Below are positions 1-12,420 of a stretch of 64,000 bases of DNA, piece by piece. The first letter of the stretch is position 1; each line of letters starts with the position of its first letter. Source of the stretch: Perkinsus chesapeaki ATCC PRA-425 (lineage: Eukaryota; Protista; Perkinsozoa); contig JAAPAO010000048.1 in the NCBI GenBank assembly GCA_013115145.1, positions 1-64,000 of the forward strand. The letters run 5' to 3'. The position numbers and the translations under genes were made by a program. The notes beneath the pieces were generated by a model. That model worked only from the letters and a program-made list of their open reading frames with translations. It had not been told where the DNA came from and ran no database searches.

Positions 1-1325
1 TGTCTTCAGTACTACAATTACCAGATGTTAGTTTCTCATTTTAAGTTGACTCTAATCTTTACAGTTGTTTGATGAATGGTATTATCTGACAATGTAAACT
101 CTGAATGAATCCTAGTACCCTAGAAAGCGATGTTATTAATTCCAAATTTCATGTTATTGTTCTTGTGTTGAACGTCTCGACCCACCTCGGTTGAGTGGCG
201 AGATATCTATATTTCGGAGGTATAATTTTAAGCTTCAAGTACTTTGGCACATCAAATGTTCGTGTCGATGTCTTCATATGTTTTGTTCCAAACAATAACA
301 CTACACGTGCTGAGTGACAACAACATCAACTTCCGTCGCATCTACAGCACGGTCACCATTTCGCGATCTTCACGTTGCACCTTGCGGCCCTTCGACTTTG
401 TTATTTTTTGTTGGTATTGTGGCAAGCCGTTGCGAAATCGCCTTTTGCAAATTATCTCACCGTATTCTTATTAGGAACCTCTTTCACATTAAGACGGGTT
501 CGTTGGGTCGAAGGTGCTGCGTTGCGGGCGGAAAATAACAGAACTAGCAGAGACACCATCGACCATAAGGGCATCGGATGTCTCGTTGACAGCAAATAGG
601 ACCGAAACTGAGCACAGTTAATTTGTTATGCACGTTGAGGGTGCTCGCTTTTACCTGTAATTCTAGCAGTAGACACTTCGAGTACGCTAACGCCTAATCG
701 AAACAGTATGATGACTCTTGACTTGAAAGTCTTGAGTTAGGTTAGTCGAGGTTGATTCAAGCCCTAGAAGGCTTTTACCTTTTGTGACAAGAAGTTTGCA
801 TTTTCGCTTGCCCAGGGCGCCAGCGCAATCCCCGCGCTCGAATTATTAGATTCCAGCGGGGTGTTCCGAAGACCGTGTTCGGAAAGTAGGCCAAAGGTAG
901 AATGCCGTATAAAATAGACTGTAGATGTATCTTGAGGTTCTTCCAGACTGCAGGCTTCTCTACAGACAGACATTCTATAAGACAGTACTCCGTCTGCCAT
1001 GTTAGTGTTTTCGTAACGCATCTATCGTTACCCTCCATGAATTCTATCGCTCGTATAACTGCCTTCTTGCTCTCCCATTGGTCTACTGCTGAGATCATAG
1101 GTTAGCAAGGAAGGTACAGAGCATGGGTTATATTGTTTTGTTCAGTAAGAGCCCCACCAGGCTGCGATAGAAATAACAAGTATTCACGAACCTGGCCTTA
1201 CCATCTTGTAGGCTTTTGTGAAAATGTTACATGTTCATATGCTGTGACGATGCTATTTATGAGATGTAAGGTTGCTGTGAACAGTATTCAAATGCTGCAG
1301 ATGAGGGCCCCAAAGCTTGACTTTT

Positions 1326-2141
1326 CATGAACCACGAGCAGTGGTGCGTGAGGACTCGTGAGTTCTTCGACCCACTTCTCGCGACCACCAGCGACCTTCT
1401 CCCTAACGTAGTAGATTTATACTCGGATCACGCTTCAATTGATATTACTGACCTCGCTCCTGCTCCCTCGAATTTGCACCTTGATACCGTCTATTTACTG
1501 TTGTAGTTGGCCTGACCCTCATCGCGGGTGAGTCGGTGCCACACCGCAGTTCGCTTCCGAGCCTTGGATCATCATGGCCACAACTTCACCTCGAAGGCGC
1601 ATTAATACAAACGAGATTAAAAATTGCCCAAGCCGCGTTGAGACTTGCGAGCCACGAGGATGGTGAGAATGAGACTGAAGTTTCCGGGGAAGGTAGCCTC
1701 CAAGCTCTGCCTCACAAAACACACGCAGAAGCGAGCTGGGTTCGGCTGCACCTACTGGAACTAGAGTGCCACTTAACCGAGGTATATTAATGAAGATAAA
1801 GGACATTCTAAGAATGCAATAAGCCTCATAGCCTGAGCTTCTCACACCGCTCTACGCTATAGCGGATGCCATCCGCCGGATGGGGCTCGTTGCGAGGCGT
1901 TATTGCATTCCTATGGCTGCCTTGCCATTCTTACACTGCTTCTGTGAAGGTAAAGGTGATTCTAAGGCCCCAAGAAGCCCGAGGAGCGATGGTAAGGAGA
2001 TTCCGAAACAGTACCGTGACCGAACCTCATCATCCAATCACCCCGTGTCATCAGTCTGCATTACTAAACCAAATTTATGCGAGCAATGTGCAATCGACTC
2101 GCTACAATGACTCAGCTAGTTGGTCACATGCCAATTCTTAG
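1326..2141 (+). CDS. Hypothetical multi-exon gene (approximate limits)
   Basis: Short open segments (MNHEQWCVRTREFFDPLL...; ...HLLELECHLTE|gtat) bounded by GT/AG-like sites. No recognisable domain. Confidence 0.25.
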
Positions 2142-2510
2142 CTCTTACCCAGAGATTCAATCCCTATCTTATCAAAGTAGATAAACCTTGTAAATCAGCA
2201 CTGGTGATGAGTCCTCTCACACTTGAAGATCAGTGCGGGTGGCGAGCTAATACAATCCGAGGATCTTTTTATGTTTATATTCCATGAAGGATGCATCTGG
2301 TGTGTTGTCTCTCGTGGCGAGGCTAGCTCTGTTACATGTATGTTAGATTCAGTTTTCTCGTATTCTGTCTCGTCGGCGTTAAGCTGATGTCCTCGACGAT
2401 CAACACTTGTGAACACAACATCTGGAGCGGAAATAAAGCATCTACTTCATGATTTTATGAAATACCGAGACGGCGACAGAATTGAAATAATCGTGCAGAA
2501 TCGAGCCACT

Positions 2511-3566
2511 TTAAAGACGCATCCAAGATGTCTCCTGCCAAGTTTCAACTCTATTAAAATAAGTATTGACCAAGGCCACCAAGCCTTCGCTAGAGCTGTA
2601 GCTCAGCTGCTGAGCCTGCCCTATATAGCATATCCTTTCGACCTTGAAATAATCATACAGCAACACTCGGTACAGGTGCTCATCGAGTGCGCTGCTGACA
2701 TAAAGGCATTTCCCGTGCAGACCCAAGGAGAGCCCTCTTGGCCTTGGTACAGAGTTTGTTACTGTCAACCATGAGGATGCTCCGAGACTGTCCCAGCAGA
2801 ATACGCTACTATCGAGTAGGTTAACGACAAACACTAGTCCTTTAAGGACCGCGAACTCATATGAGATCAATGGTGCTCCGCAAATGACAGGAGATCGAAC
2901 AGAAACACCAGTGTTGAGGTTAACCCGAACTATGCATTTATTATCTCGATCGCTGAGGTAGAGAAGCTCCCCTCCTTCAGCAATAACTTTCGGTACACAT
3001 GGTCCAAGAGAGCCGTCTCGAAATAGCCATGCTCGGAGGTCCAAGGCCTTGAGCATTTTACGCTTGAGCAACAGCAAACGGGAATCACTAAGTGACACCA
3101 CGAAACCGTCACGGCCGATACCACACACGCTGAGGACGTCGCAGTTGGTAGCCCAAGCGAACTCGGGAAACCGACCGAGTTGGCTCAGTCCAACCACATA
3201 GGGATTTCGGGAGATGATAAGATTGTTGTTATCTTCGTAAGATATACTTACAGAATCACCAGAACGAAAGTAGGCTTCTGGGTGACTAGTTTTCAATAAA
3301 GTTGGTGATGGTGACAGAAATGACCAAAGCTCACTGCAGATTTCTAAAGGCAGCTTTGATACGTAATAGTGAGCAGCAGCCAGACTGATGATTATGTCGA
3401 AACTGCCGTGGTGAGTAGGAGTGTCCCTCAAGCCCTTCAAGTTGGCCATCAGAGCAATAACTTTTACTGTATCGAAAATATGCAAGTGAAAAATGTTGGA
3501 GAGACGACATTTCTCGTGTAGTCGTGGAGGCTTATCCGGTGCTTTTAGAGAGATCTTTGCCCCCAA
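2511..3566 (-). CDS. Intronless hypothetical protein with an F-box-like segment and a repeat/beta-propeller-like C-terminus; likely ATG at 3449
   Basis: 351-codon uninterrupted ORF. LPLEICSELWSFL resembles the F-box LPxE pattern, and LLYLSDRDNKCIVRV and PRPRGLSL...LYVSS resemble NHL/SGL-type blades. Family assignment is inference. Confidence 0.6.
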   Translation of the reverse strand: MGAKISLKAPDKPPRLHEKCRLSNIFHLHIFDTVKVIALMANLKGLRDTPTHHGSFDIIISLAAAHYYVSKLPLEICSELWSFLSPSPTLLKTSHPEAYFRSGDSVSISYEDNNNLIISRNPYVVGLSQLGRFPEFAWATNCDVLSVCGIGRDGFVVSLSDSRLLLLKRKMLKALDLRAWLFRDGSLGPCVPKVIAEGGELLYLSDRDNKCIVRVNLNTGVSVRSPVICGAPLISYEFAVLKGLVFVVNLLDSSVFCWDSLGASSWLTVTNSVPRPRGLSLGLHGKCLYVSSALDEHLYRVLLYDYFKVERICYIGQAQQLSYSSSEGLVALVNTYFNRVETWQETSWMRL

Positions 3567-3700
3567 TTCACCACCAGACGAGAAGAGCTCAATATTAAAC
3601 GAACAACAGGTTTAAGACAGATGAATTTGAGTTAGTAGTAAACCATATACGGGATCAGACTGGAAAGTCTCATGAAAGACCGAGAAGCCTCTACGAGATA

Positions 3701-6000
3701 TTGAAACTCCTTTCACATCGGTTACTAGTCGATTATGCAAAGTTCACTCAAGCTTGTGATGCGCCGAAAAGATCCTCAGTATCAGAAGAGACAACACATC
3801 TCAGCGTAATGGGATATGAGACGGTTGAACTACTGGTTGATACTGGCAAACTCAGAGCAATCAAGCAATTGCTTCCGAAACAATTATTGCAATGCAAAAT
3901 GTACAGGCAGGAATCTTCGAAGACGGTTCCTATCTCGAAGGTGGCACCAGAGACTCGGCTGATGCTCCTCGGTCCAGTCGACTGCTTGCTATCGACTTTG
4001 GCATCCCAAACACCTAAGCCAAGCCATATGATGTGGAGAGGAGGATAAGGGTCTACGCTTTCACGGGGCTCAAGACTGGCGTCGATGGAGGGCGAATAAC
4101 TGAGAGAGATTTTTCATTAAAATATATGTAAGGGCGAGTGGAGGACATACCTCTACCTTGCTTGTGGGCCTTTGAAATGGTGGAAGTGCCCGGCGCACCG
4201 ATAGACGATATAAAAGAGGGTGAAGATGCCAGCAAGGGTGAAGACAACCATCTGAAGGTTAAAGAGACGTCACAACGTCTCACGAAGCGTTGAATTAAGT
4301 GCAGTAAAGGGCCTTACTGTAATTCTGAGAAGGCCAGAGTCTCGTCCGGGCTCCAAGATGTAGTCAGCCCAGAATGACTGTGCTGCTGATGAGGCAGTGT
4401 AACCATCCTGAGAAGGGGGCTTTGGAATTAATTGTACTTAGATCTACATAAAAAGTGTAATTCATTATCAATTGTATCAGTTTCATTCGATTAGTAATGT
4501 AATTAGTATGAAAAGTAGATCAACGAGAGCGTTATCGCTTAGCCTTCTCAGCGGTAAATAGAAGTACTGTGAGACGTACAGTTAACTCTGAGAAAGAAAG
4601 AATAGCGAAATGCATTAAATTGACGTTAATTTGAACCACGCCTGTGATCGAATGTCTACAATCGCTGCCGTGATGACGCAGTCTGACCCTCTGTGGGCCG
4701 CAAGACTACTTTACTCGATATGGTAAGAAGGACGCGAAGGTAAAACAAGTTAACATCGAAGACTTAGTCTCATCACGTGATTGGCCGAGACTAAAGAATC
4801 TTATATTAGAAATGTAAGTGACCTCCCTTATGAGGAGAATCGTTATATATTAGCAGTCAGCCAGTTCATGCAATCGATAACTCCCGTCGTAACGCTAAGC
4901 AATGTCAAGTAGCAAGTAACGATGTTTTGAGCGAAGTATCTTTGATGGGTTTTAGGTGTTGATATAGGTTAACATGAGAAGTGTTGTCAACAAGGCTTGC
5001 CTACCTTGGAATCGTCTACTCGCCATTTGACAGCTATTGGCTCCACTACGGCTAATGATTCATGTATCGGTAACAATAGTAGAAAAACGATGTTCATTAA
5101 AACAATAGGCTGACTTCCAATTAACCTGTTATGAATCTTGACGACGTTATTGTGAGTGCTCATCAAATTTATTCTCACGCTCAGGATCGTCAAGACTTTC
5201 AAAACTTATTTTTCAGAGTTCACCTCATCAAAAGACCAATTTGGGGTTGTCAAATTCTTGCCTATCTTGCAATATCTTGACATTCCCCAACGGAACCGCG
5301 TCAATCAAAAATCATCATCAGTCGGGGCCCAGGCAGCTAATTTGAAAACAGTGTGTGGTGTTGGTATTTACATGTCCGATCCTTGGAAGCTTCAAGTTGT
5401 ATGGCAACGGTTGATTGAGAATGAGACCATGCAATATGCTAACTTTGCCGAGAATATGCAGAAACAAAGAGAAGAAGCGGTAATATTGGTAGAGTGGTGT
5501 AATTCGCGGTATGTATCCGATAACCATGGTTCGATTCTCCGGTAGGGTATTGAGGAACAAGAGCGATATTTACCTCATAAATTAATTAATTTCGAGATCG
5601 TAGTTAGTTTTCTGGAGTGCGAGGCGATTTCATGTGAGTCCAGGAAAAGGAATCTCTTCATCCAAAGCTTCGTAAGAGGCTACCAAGCTGTCAAAATTCA
5701 GAAGAAAAGTTTCACACTTTCCTCAACTAGTCCCGTTTAATAGAATCAATGCTACCGTCGCACTGGGCCGCCGAATTAAGACGTTGAAAACTCATACAAG
5801 CGGATGGTGGAATAGACTCGAAGTTAAGTGGCAAAAGAAATCATTCAGGCAGCAGCAAAGGCAGCTTTGGAAGGTGTAGCATCTCGAAGCATTCAGACAG
5901 ATGGTGATGATCGAGGAGGAAGATCTAATAAAGGCAGGGGAATGGTTGATAGATGTTGTCGAGGAGGGTTTATGCCTCATTTTAAATGGGGTATTTGTCA
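3701..6000 (+). pseudogene. Degenerate coding remnants, possibly a decayed retroelement
   Basis: Several protein-like frames broken by stops (3701-4290, 5131-5600). NLDDVIVSAHQIYSH at 5134-5178 has the spacing of the RT motif YLDD-x10-H. Confidence 0.25.
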
Positions 6001-7439
6001 TTAGGTGGAAGTAAAAGGCTTAAGGGGGCAAAGGGAGCACAAGTGCCTGTTGAAGAACGAGTGCGAAGTGCTCATTAGTTTTTCGTTTTATTTTCATTCC
6101 AGATAAAACAGCTTCCAATAGCCTGTAGTAGTACGGGGACATTCCAGCATAGACAGCAGCCGAAGTAATAGCTCTGGTGTAACATGCATTATTATATAAT
6201 ATTAAATGATTCACTGCGGTGATATCTATCATATCTGACCATTGCTCAGTTTATTAAGCCTAACTCGGGGCATAATATCCAATACTGTAGGTAGTTATTG
6301 CTAACAATGTGTTGAAGCGCGAGTAGATTTGACATTATAATATAATACTGTACAATGGTATTTTATATAATATAACATTGTTCATATGGATCAATGTATG
6401 AAGCACGCGTCAACCTAAGATGCGGCTTCAGTGTGTCGCTGAGTATGAGGGCCACTATAGGCCGACGCTTGAAGATTATAAGGAATTGAGGAGGGGAATC
6501 AGACCCCAATTTTCATTTAGTTTCAGGAAGGTGAATTGTGGTCCTCATTAGGTTAGTATTATTTCGATTTACCTTTATAATGTTTATAATTCTTCTCAGT
6601 TCATTGAGCCTCCGTCGCAGGAGCCCTCGTCTTTAACAGTTACTATTAAATCCGGGAAAATACGTGTTCCTTCCGGCACTCATTCACCTTACACATGAAG
6701 TCATTTGTTTATATATCATCTTCTGCCAGGCCACCCTTGCCGCCGCCATCCAACCCTGCTACTGTTGTTGAGGAGGAGAAAGAGGATCGACCCTATCGAC
6801 ACGGTTTTGTTGATAAATTCAAGAACAGGAATCCTTCAGGTGGTTTTTATCTCGGTTGAACATGTTCTTAACAGTTGTTGCTCCAAAATATCTTGTCGAG
6901 TTTTTTTTTTCAGTCATCGTAAGACCTTTGGGAAATATGGGATGTGAAACCGTCAAGGTATCGAACAGTACCCTCACCATGGACAACGCTCTAGGAGAAG
7001 TATTATTCTCAATAGTATCAAAACTTGTGCTAGAGGATGCTGGTGAGGTCACATTAAGGAAATACTCTTCAACAGCTGCCGGACAGTTTGTGACGTGACC
7101 AGGCGTCACGTAATTTCCAATTGTCCGACAGCATTGATGTTTTGGTTGTTTTTTATATAAGAGTCGTGCTTCGACTTGTGTGCTGCCGAGGTGTTGTCAA
7201 GGTGTTATTCTAGAAGAGTAGGTAAAGCAAGTACTCCATTTAATGCTTTCTGGAGATATGATTATACGACTTTTATATTGACCGTCAATACGGTAGTCGA
7301 CCCAGGGCCAATGAATGACAATATTACATTACTAATATCGATTGAGATAATTTATTGTGATAAGTCGAGTAGCCACTTTTTTTATCATTACCGAACTGTC
7401 GTGCGCTTGATTAGTATTATTTTAAAATGATAGGCTCGA

Positions 7440-8411
7440 TTGTGCCGTCAACATTGGGAGCATTGTCGACAACCGCAGGGGTCGCTGGAGCATCGGCTAC
7501 AGGTAATGATCAGAAGGAAATTTGGTAGTACTCGGGAAGTTCTTAGTGACTTCGTATCGACCTTTATGATGGTGAAAGCCTGTAATTGATTTCCACTGGC
7601 TTCCATGGACCATTTACCATATCAATGTCTACATCTTACGTGTCTAAAGAGAGCATCCTGTCGACTGTGCAGATAGTGAGTATCTTAGATGTCGTCATCC
7701 GTTCCAATTCCCATACTGCCTTATGTGGAGTAAATGGGCTTTCCTCCTCGTCGCCGTATTGTCTTAAGAAATACCCCTCTATAAAGTGGTATAGGACTTC
7801 AGTTACCCCAGCCCTCCTTATCTTAGGTTCGTATATATTTCACCGTAAGCCAAGGCTGTGTGGGAGGATCGGGGAGTTCCTGTTGCTGGTGTATGCAGTA
7901 TTTAGACTCTCTTTCTTTGCTGGACATACATTACGGGGACGACTTGAGTCTAGTGATGCTATAGAGGAGAGCGATCGGTTAAGAGGTGATGGCAGTTGAG
8001 GCCTTGGCGGTTGGAAAGGTGGAATTCGTAGAAACGCATTTTTGCGGAGACGTCGTGGACAGTACCTCTAGATGGAAGCATAGGCGGCCTTTGGATTCAG
8101 TTTCTTGTACCGAGTTGAACAGTCGAGTATCATCGTTGAGCTCATCCCTGGAAGCAGACACGAGGCTGTTGGATAAAATGGTCCGTTATGTTGGCGGAAT
8201 GGGAATGGATGAGGTATGTGGTTCGACAGGTATCGGGTTCAATTCCCGTGTGATGTGTTTTTGGTAGAATGGGACATCAATGCTGGCGGATCAACAGCGG
8301 ATAGTTGACGATAAGACTGAGGAGTTGAGTGTCGCAAAGCATCGGCGAGATGACTGCTATGAGCGAGCTGCAGAGTGGGAGGAGGTGGGTAGGGCATCAT
8401 CGGCAGCCTAA
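7440..8411 (+). CDS. Hypothetical multi-exon gene; 5' end uncertain, last intron 8214-8267, stop 8409-8411
   Basis: Removing the GT-AG intron 8214-8267 joins ...GGMGMDE to NGTSMLADQQRIVDDK...SSAA* in frame. Confidence 0.5.
8214..8267 (+). repeat. Intron carrying a tRNA 3'-end-like element
   Basis: TCGGG TTCAATT CCCGT GTGATGT G TTTTT at 8233-8262. Confidence 0.65.
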
Positions 8412-8689
8412 GCGGGGTGCTCACAGCCTCACGGGTGTTGTCCGGAAGTAATAGATAGATAAGATAAAGAGTGTAATTGACAAACAAACAATAAATCTTC
8501 AATTTTGCGTGCAATGACGCGTCAGCGAGGTTTAAGATATAGGCTTTCGGTCGCAATGTTAAACGCATCTTCCGGGGGTTCGCGGCCTATTACCTACAAG
8601 TCATTTGTATCGTTACCATCACCGTTAAACTTTGAGAGTTAGAAAAGTCAATCTATAGTTGCAAACCTTCGGAGCACAGGTATAGGTCA

Positions 8690-9580
8690 GCCAGTGTGGA
8701 AGGTTTCTTAAGTTGTCCAATTCGCAATTAGGGATTATTTCATCTTTAATGTATGAATTTTGTCCGACGCTGGGAGTAGCCCTTTTCCGCCAACTCGAGA
8801 AATAATTGTGCTCGAGTGGTTCCCTCAAAAGTTGTAGTGTTGGTAGATCAGATACGATCGATAGTGGTTGAGAGACTTCGACGACAAGAGATATCACCAC
8901 TGAAGATATCTGACTTCTTGGCTATCACTTACATAAAATTGCTGATAGACGTTTATTACTCTGATGGTTACTCAGATGGTCTCAGAGGCACATACCCTAT
9001 CCACCACTATCAGTAGGTCTACTAGCTTCACAAGCAAAACGGTATCTGAGCCGCTTACTTGAGCTGTCGGCGAAAAACTGTAGTCAAAAATGTCTTCCAA
9101 TAAGAAAACTGTGCTCGGGGTTGCACATAGTACGAGTAGACCCGCTAGTGAACGCAGTAACATAAATAAAGCATCCTCCTCCGCAGCATTGCCTTTGAAG
9201 TGTAGGAACACTAAGGAGGCAAGTAGCAGTAAAGCAATATCTCTTGCCATGCCTCCAAAGCTAGGCCATTTTCCCGAGTTATTACGGACTGTAGAAAGAC
9301 GCAGAAATCGAGGGCCGGAGTTTTCCTGGAATTGAATGTTTTATTGTAGAGAATGTCCCGAATTACACTTAGTATTTATAGCTTCAGTTTCACCTCTAAT
9401 TTGCTGTCCAAGCACATACGTAAAGCGTCCATGCCAATAATGGCATGTGAGCCGGTGAATGACGTATGTCTGGATTGGCCGGAGATGACCCCCACTGCTG
9501 TTATTGCGGCTGTGGCTGGCGCAGCGACGTCAAGTAGGACGCAGCTGGGGTATTTGTGTGAATATGCAGGAGGCAATGCT
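8690..9580 (-). CDS. Hypothetical multi-exon gene (approximate limits)
   Basis: Open segments MARDIALLLLASLV...PTAQ|gtaagc and ag|VVISLVVEVSQ...CAPK|gt, flanked by splice-like sites. No domain recognised. Confidence 0.3.
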
Positions 9581-9989
9581 ATCGCTGTATACGATATTCA
9601 TTTTATATGGTGTTGCTTGTCATGCGCTATAGAGTGCCACCCTATATTAACGATGGGCACTTTCCGTTTTCCGGTGTTGGGTACGGCGAGATGATCAAGG
9701 TGTTAAGGAGTACGGTACGAGCCCTCTAAGAGTGCTTTCGATAAGGAATATGCTCATACTGAAGCCGTAAATTCATTATTTTTGTGAAGGCTTCATTTCT
9801 TCTAGGGCATCCTGGTTGGGATTGGTTTGGGCAATCCTGATGTAGTATGTCGTACATACAATACTCAACTTGGCGCTTGTGATTCGTATACCTGATTCGG
9901 CATGCATCCCCACTGTAAGCTGGATTTTGTATGTGTGTCACGGAAAGGCTCAATAAATACGATGGTCTATTGTCATTTGATAGGTTTAA

Positions 9990-11349
9990 TTGTTTTCAGA
10001 TACAGGAGCGTCCGCTTCGGCCGGTGCAACAGCCTCCCTCCTTCTCTTGAATGACTATGGTCTGCTGCCCTACTCGAAGCCGACGGCTTTCCATGCCGCT
10101 CTAATTCAATCTCTTATTCTCGTCGCTATTCTGTATGTTGCACAATATGTTGTCTCCTATTTGCTTGTTCTGATAAAAATGTTGTTCGTCCGAGCCATTT
10201 CAGATCGTTGTGGGCGTCGACGGCTGGCAATTTCCTCTGCGGTGTCAACCTTGCATGGCATGTCCGCTGTATGGCGAATTATCTCACCAGGCTCCATCTC
10301 GATCGCGATCCGGTCTCGTGAGGAGCCAGCCTGTGTCTTCTGGCCTCTACTGAGCGTTCGCATGCTGGTGGTTCTATCGATTTATATAGCGTCATTTGCA
10401 GTCGTTGGCGGCATGGGTAACTTGGCTCTAGAAATGGTTGTGCCGTCAAGTTCGCCGGAAATGAGGATGCGTCACCATGCGTTGTTGTCGTGGTTGATCG
10501 GTGTCGGACGGACAAGCACGCCCTTGCTGTTTGCAACGATGCTATTAATGTGGATACAAGCAGGAATAATTTTAGGGCGCGCGGTCCGGCCGTTCTCTGC
10601 CGGAGGAGATTTGAAAGCATTGCAGTTCGTTGAGAAGGAAAGAGAGTTGAAGGCGATTGAACGACATGTCATTGAGACGTGGATTGCGCAATTTCGGCTA
10701 AGTCGATGCGTCCATCCAAAATCTAGGGACTTAGCGGAGCGAAGCGAGTCAGGATGCGCCAATTTCGGCGGCCTCGAGCGGCTCTCTTCAAATGCTTTAT
10801 TGAGGATCTGTCACGGTCTGAGTGCTTACAAGATATCCCTCACGACGGCGGAGCGAAGAAATTTATACGACCTCCTCTTGAGTCATCGGGATATTGCTGG
10901 CAGGCTTGAACTAGCGCGGCAAATGCGTGCTACGGTTGGACCGGTTGACGAAGATTTGCTTTACACTAACGCGGCAGTTGAATATCTGAGAGTCGTCGAA
11001 TGGCCGTTAGTAGGGAAATTTGGGGCGCGCGGTTTTGCGTTGGTGACGGCGATTGTGGCTGTGGGTGTATATTGGGGTATGGGCGAGGAAGATATATTTT
11101 AGGATGCAAAATCTTTCGAGTGCGAAGATCTTTCGTTTTATTATACGATTGGTACTGTTTAATGTAGTAGCTTGCAGTAAGGTGGCAGATTGGATCCCGG
11201 ACGAGCTATCTCGGGTATATGATCCACATGATTGTACCTCAATCACGGTAATCTACTTGTGTTGCAGTGTTCGAATATCTTTCGGCCTTTCCCAGTTGAA
11301 GCATGCGATGTCCTCACCAAGTAGTGCTAGGAGATTAACTCCTCAATAG
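9990..11349 (+). CDS. Membrane protein with an MFS-like motif; probably spliced, possibly two genes
   Basis: Hydrophobic helices plus DRCGRRR (MFS loop motif D-R-x-G-R-R) and SIYIASFAV. Further exon-like segments at 11103-11349. Confidence 0.35.
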
Positions 11350-11479
11350 TACGTAGCGCAGAATAAGCCAGTATTCGGAGAAATTCCCGCGAAACTGCTT
11401 TCCGTCACAAAGGTATGTGGGGGACAACTTAGATCGGAAAAATACCTTTGAAAATATACCTATATGTCACGTTGGCTCA

Positions 11480-12420
11480 TCACATAGCGCGTCGGATATC
11501 TGTCGGATGACTCAACTGAGTTAAGTCCAAATTGAGGACTCCTAAAGCCTCCTTAGCCATACTGTAGTAAAGTTTGCTGAGAGAAAACGAGAATGCTGGA
11601 GGATGATCTAAGATTGGGATCCGGAGATTCCCGAAAATGCGAGAAGCAGGCGGAATGCTCAAGCATTTTATCTGAAGAGGGCCATTCGGGAGCTATCGCA
11701 TGCCATGCGATAGCTCCCAAATGCGACGCATGACCAAGGGCCTCCAGGCTGAATTATATGTTGAATCTAGATTGGCATAAATTATGAATGGTTTGATAAG
11801 GAGTTGTCCACCACCTCTCAATGGTAGTAACTGCTCGTAGGGATTTCCCTCATACTTCACCATGTCCGTTGGTGAGTGGATTGGGGAAATCACGAATGCC
11901 AATGGCATCAGGACTTCTGATGCGCCAAAAGTATCTCTCAGTACATTCCATAGCGTCAACTTTGAAGTTTATCTTGAGCCAGGAGTGCTACCGATTTCGA
12001 CAATGGGATTGCTTATGGCATTGCTGCCACCCCCATCGATCATTGTTGTTTCGCGAGGGATAGAGTATACGATACTAGACGTGTCGCCACTTTTTTGGCA
12101 GTACATCAGTACGAATTGACTTCAGTTCCTGTGCCCCCACGCCCATCAGCCGATATTGGTTCAATACCGGCTAGCGGACGTGGGGGCACAGGAGACTCAA
12201 TATTATTGAATATCGGATATTCACAAAGTCGGACATTCGATCACTAATATTGTTATCACACAGTCCCTCGTCATAGGCGCTCTGACTATTGTGAATGCGG
12301 ACTTTCAGGAGCTATTGACAGCGCGTCGGACGTGATGGATTATAGCCTATGTTGTATAGGACGCACCGCGTCCTGTAATGTCGGAGAATCCGACTAGGGA
12401 AGCCACTTTATGTGGACGGA
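11480..12420 (-). CDS. Hypothetical multi-exon gene (approximate limits)
   Basis: ORFs 11693-11959 and 11480-11662 share a frame and are separated by one TAG inside a palindromic, probably intronic segment. Confidence 0.3.
11688..11718. repeat. Perfect 15-bp inverted repeat with a 1-nt loop
   Basis: GGGAGCTATCGCATG-C-CATGCGATAGCTCCC, read directly. Confidence 0.95.
12127..12193. repeat. 67-nt hairpin with a perfect 15-bp outer stem
   Basis: TCCTGTGCCCCCACG ... CGTGGGGGCACAGGA, with inner stems AGCCG/CGGCT and TATTG/CAATA. Confidence 0.9.
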
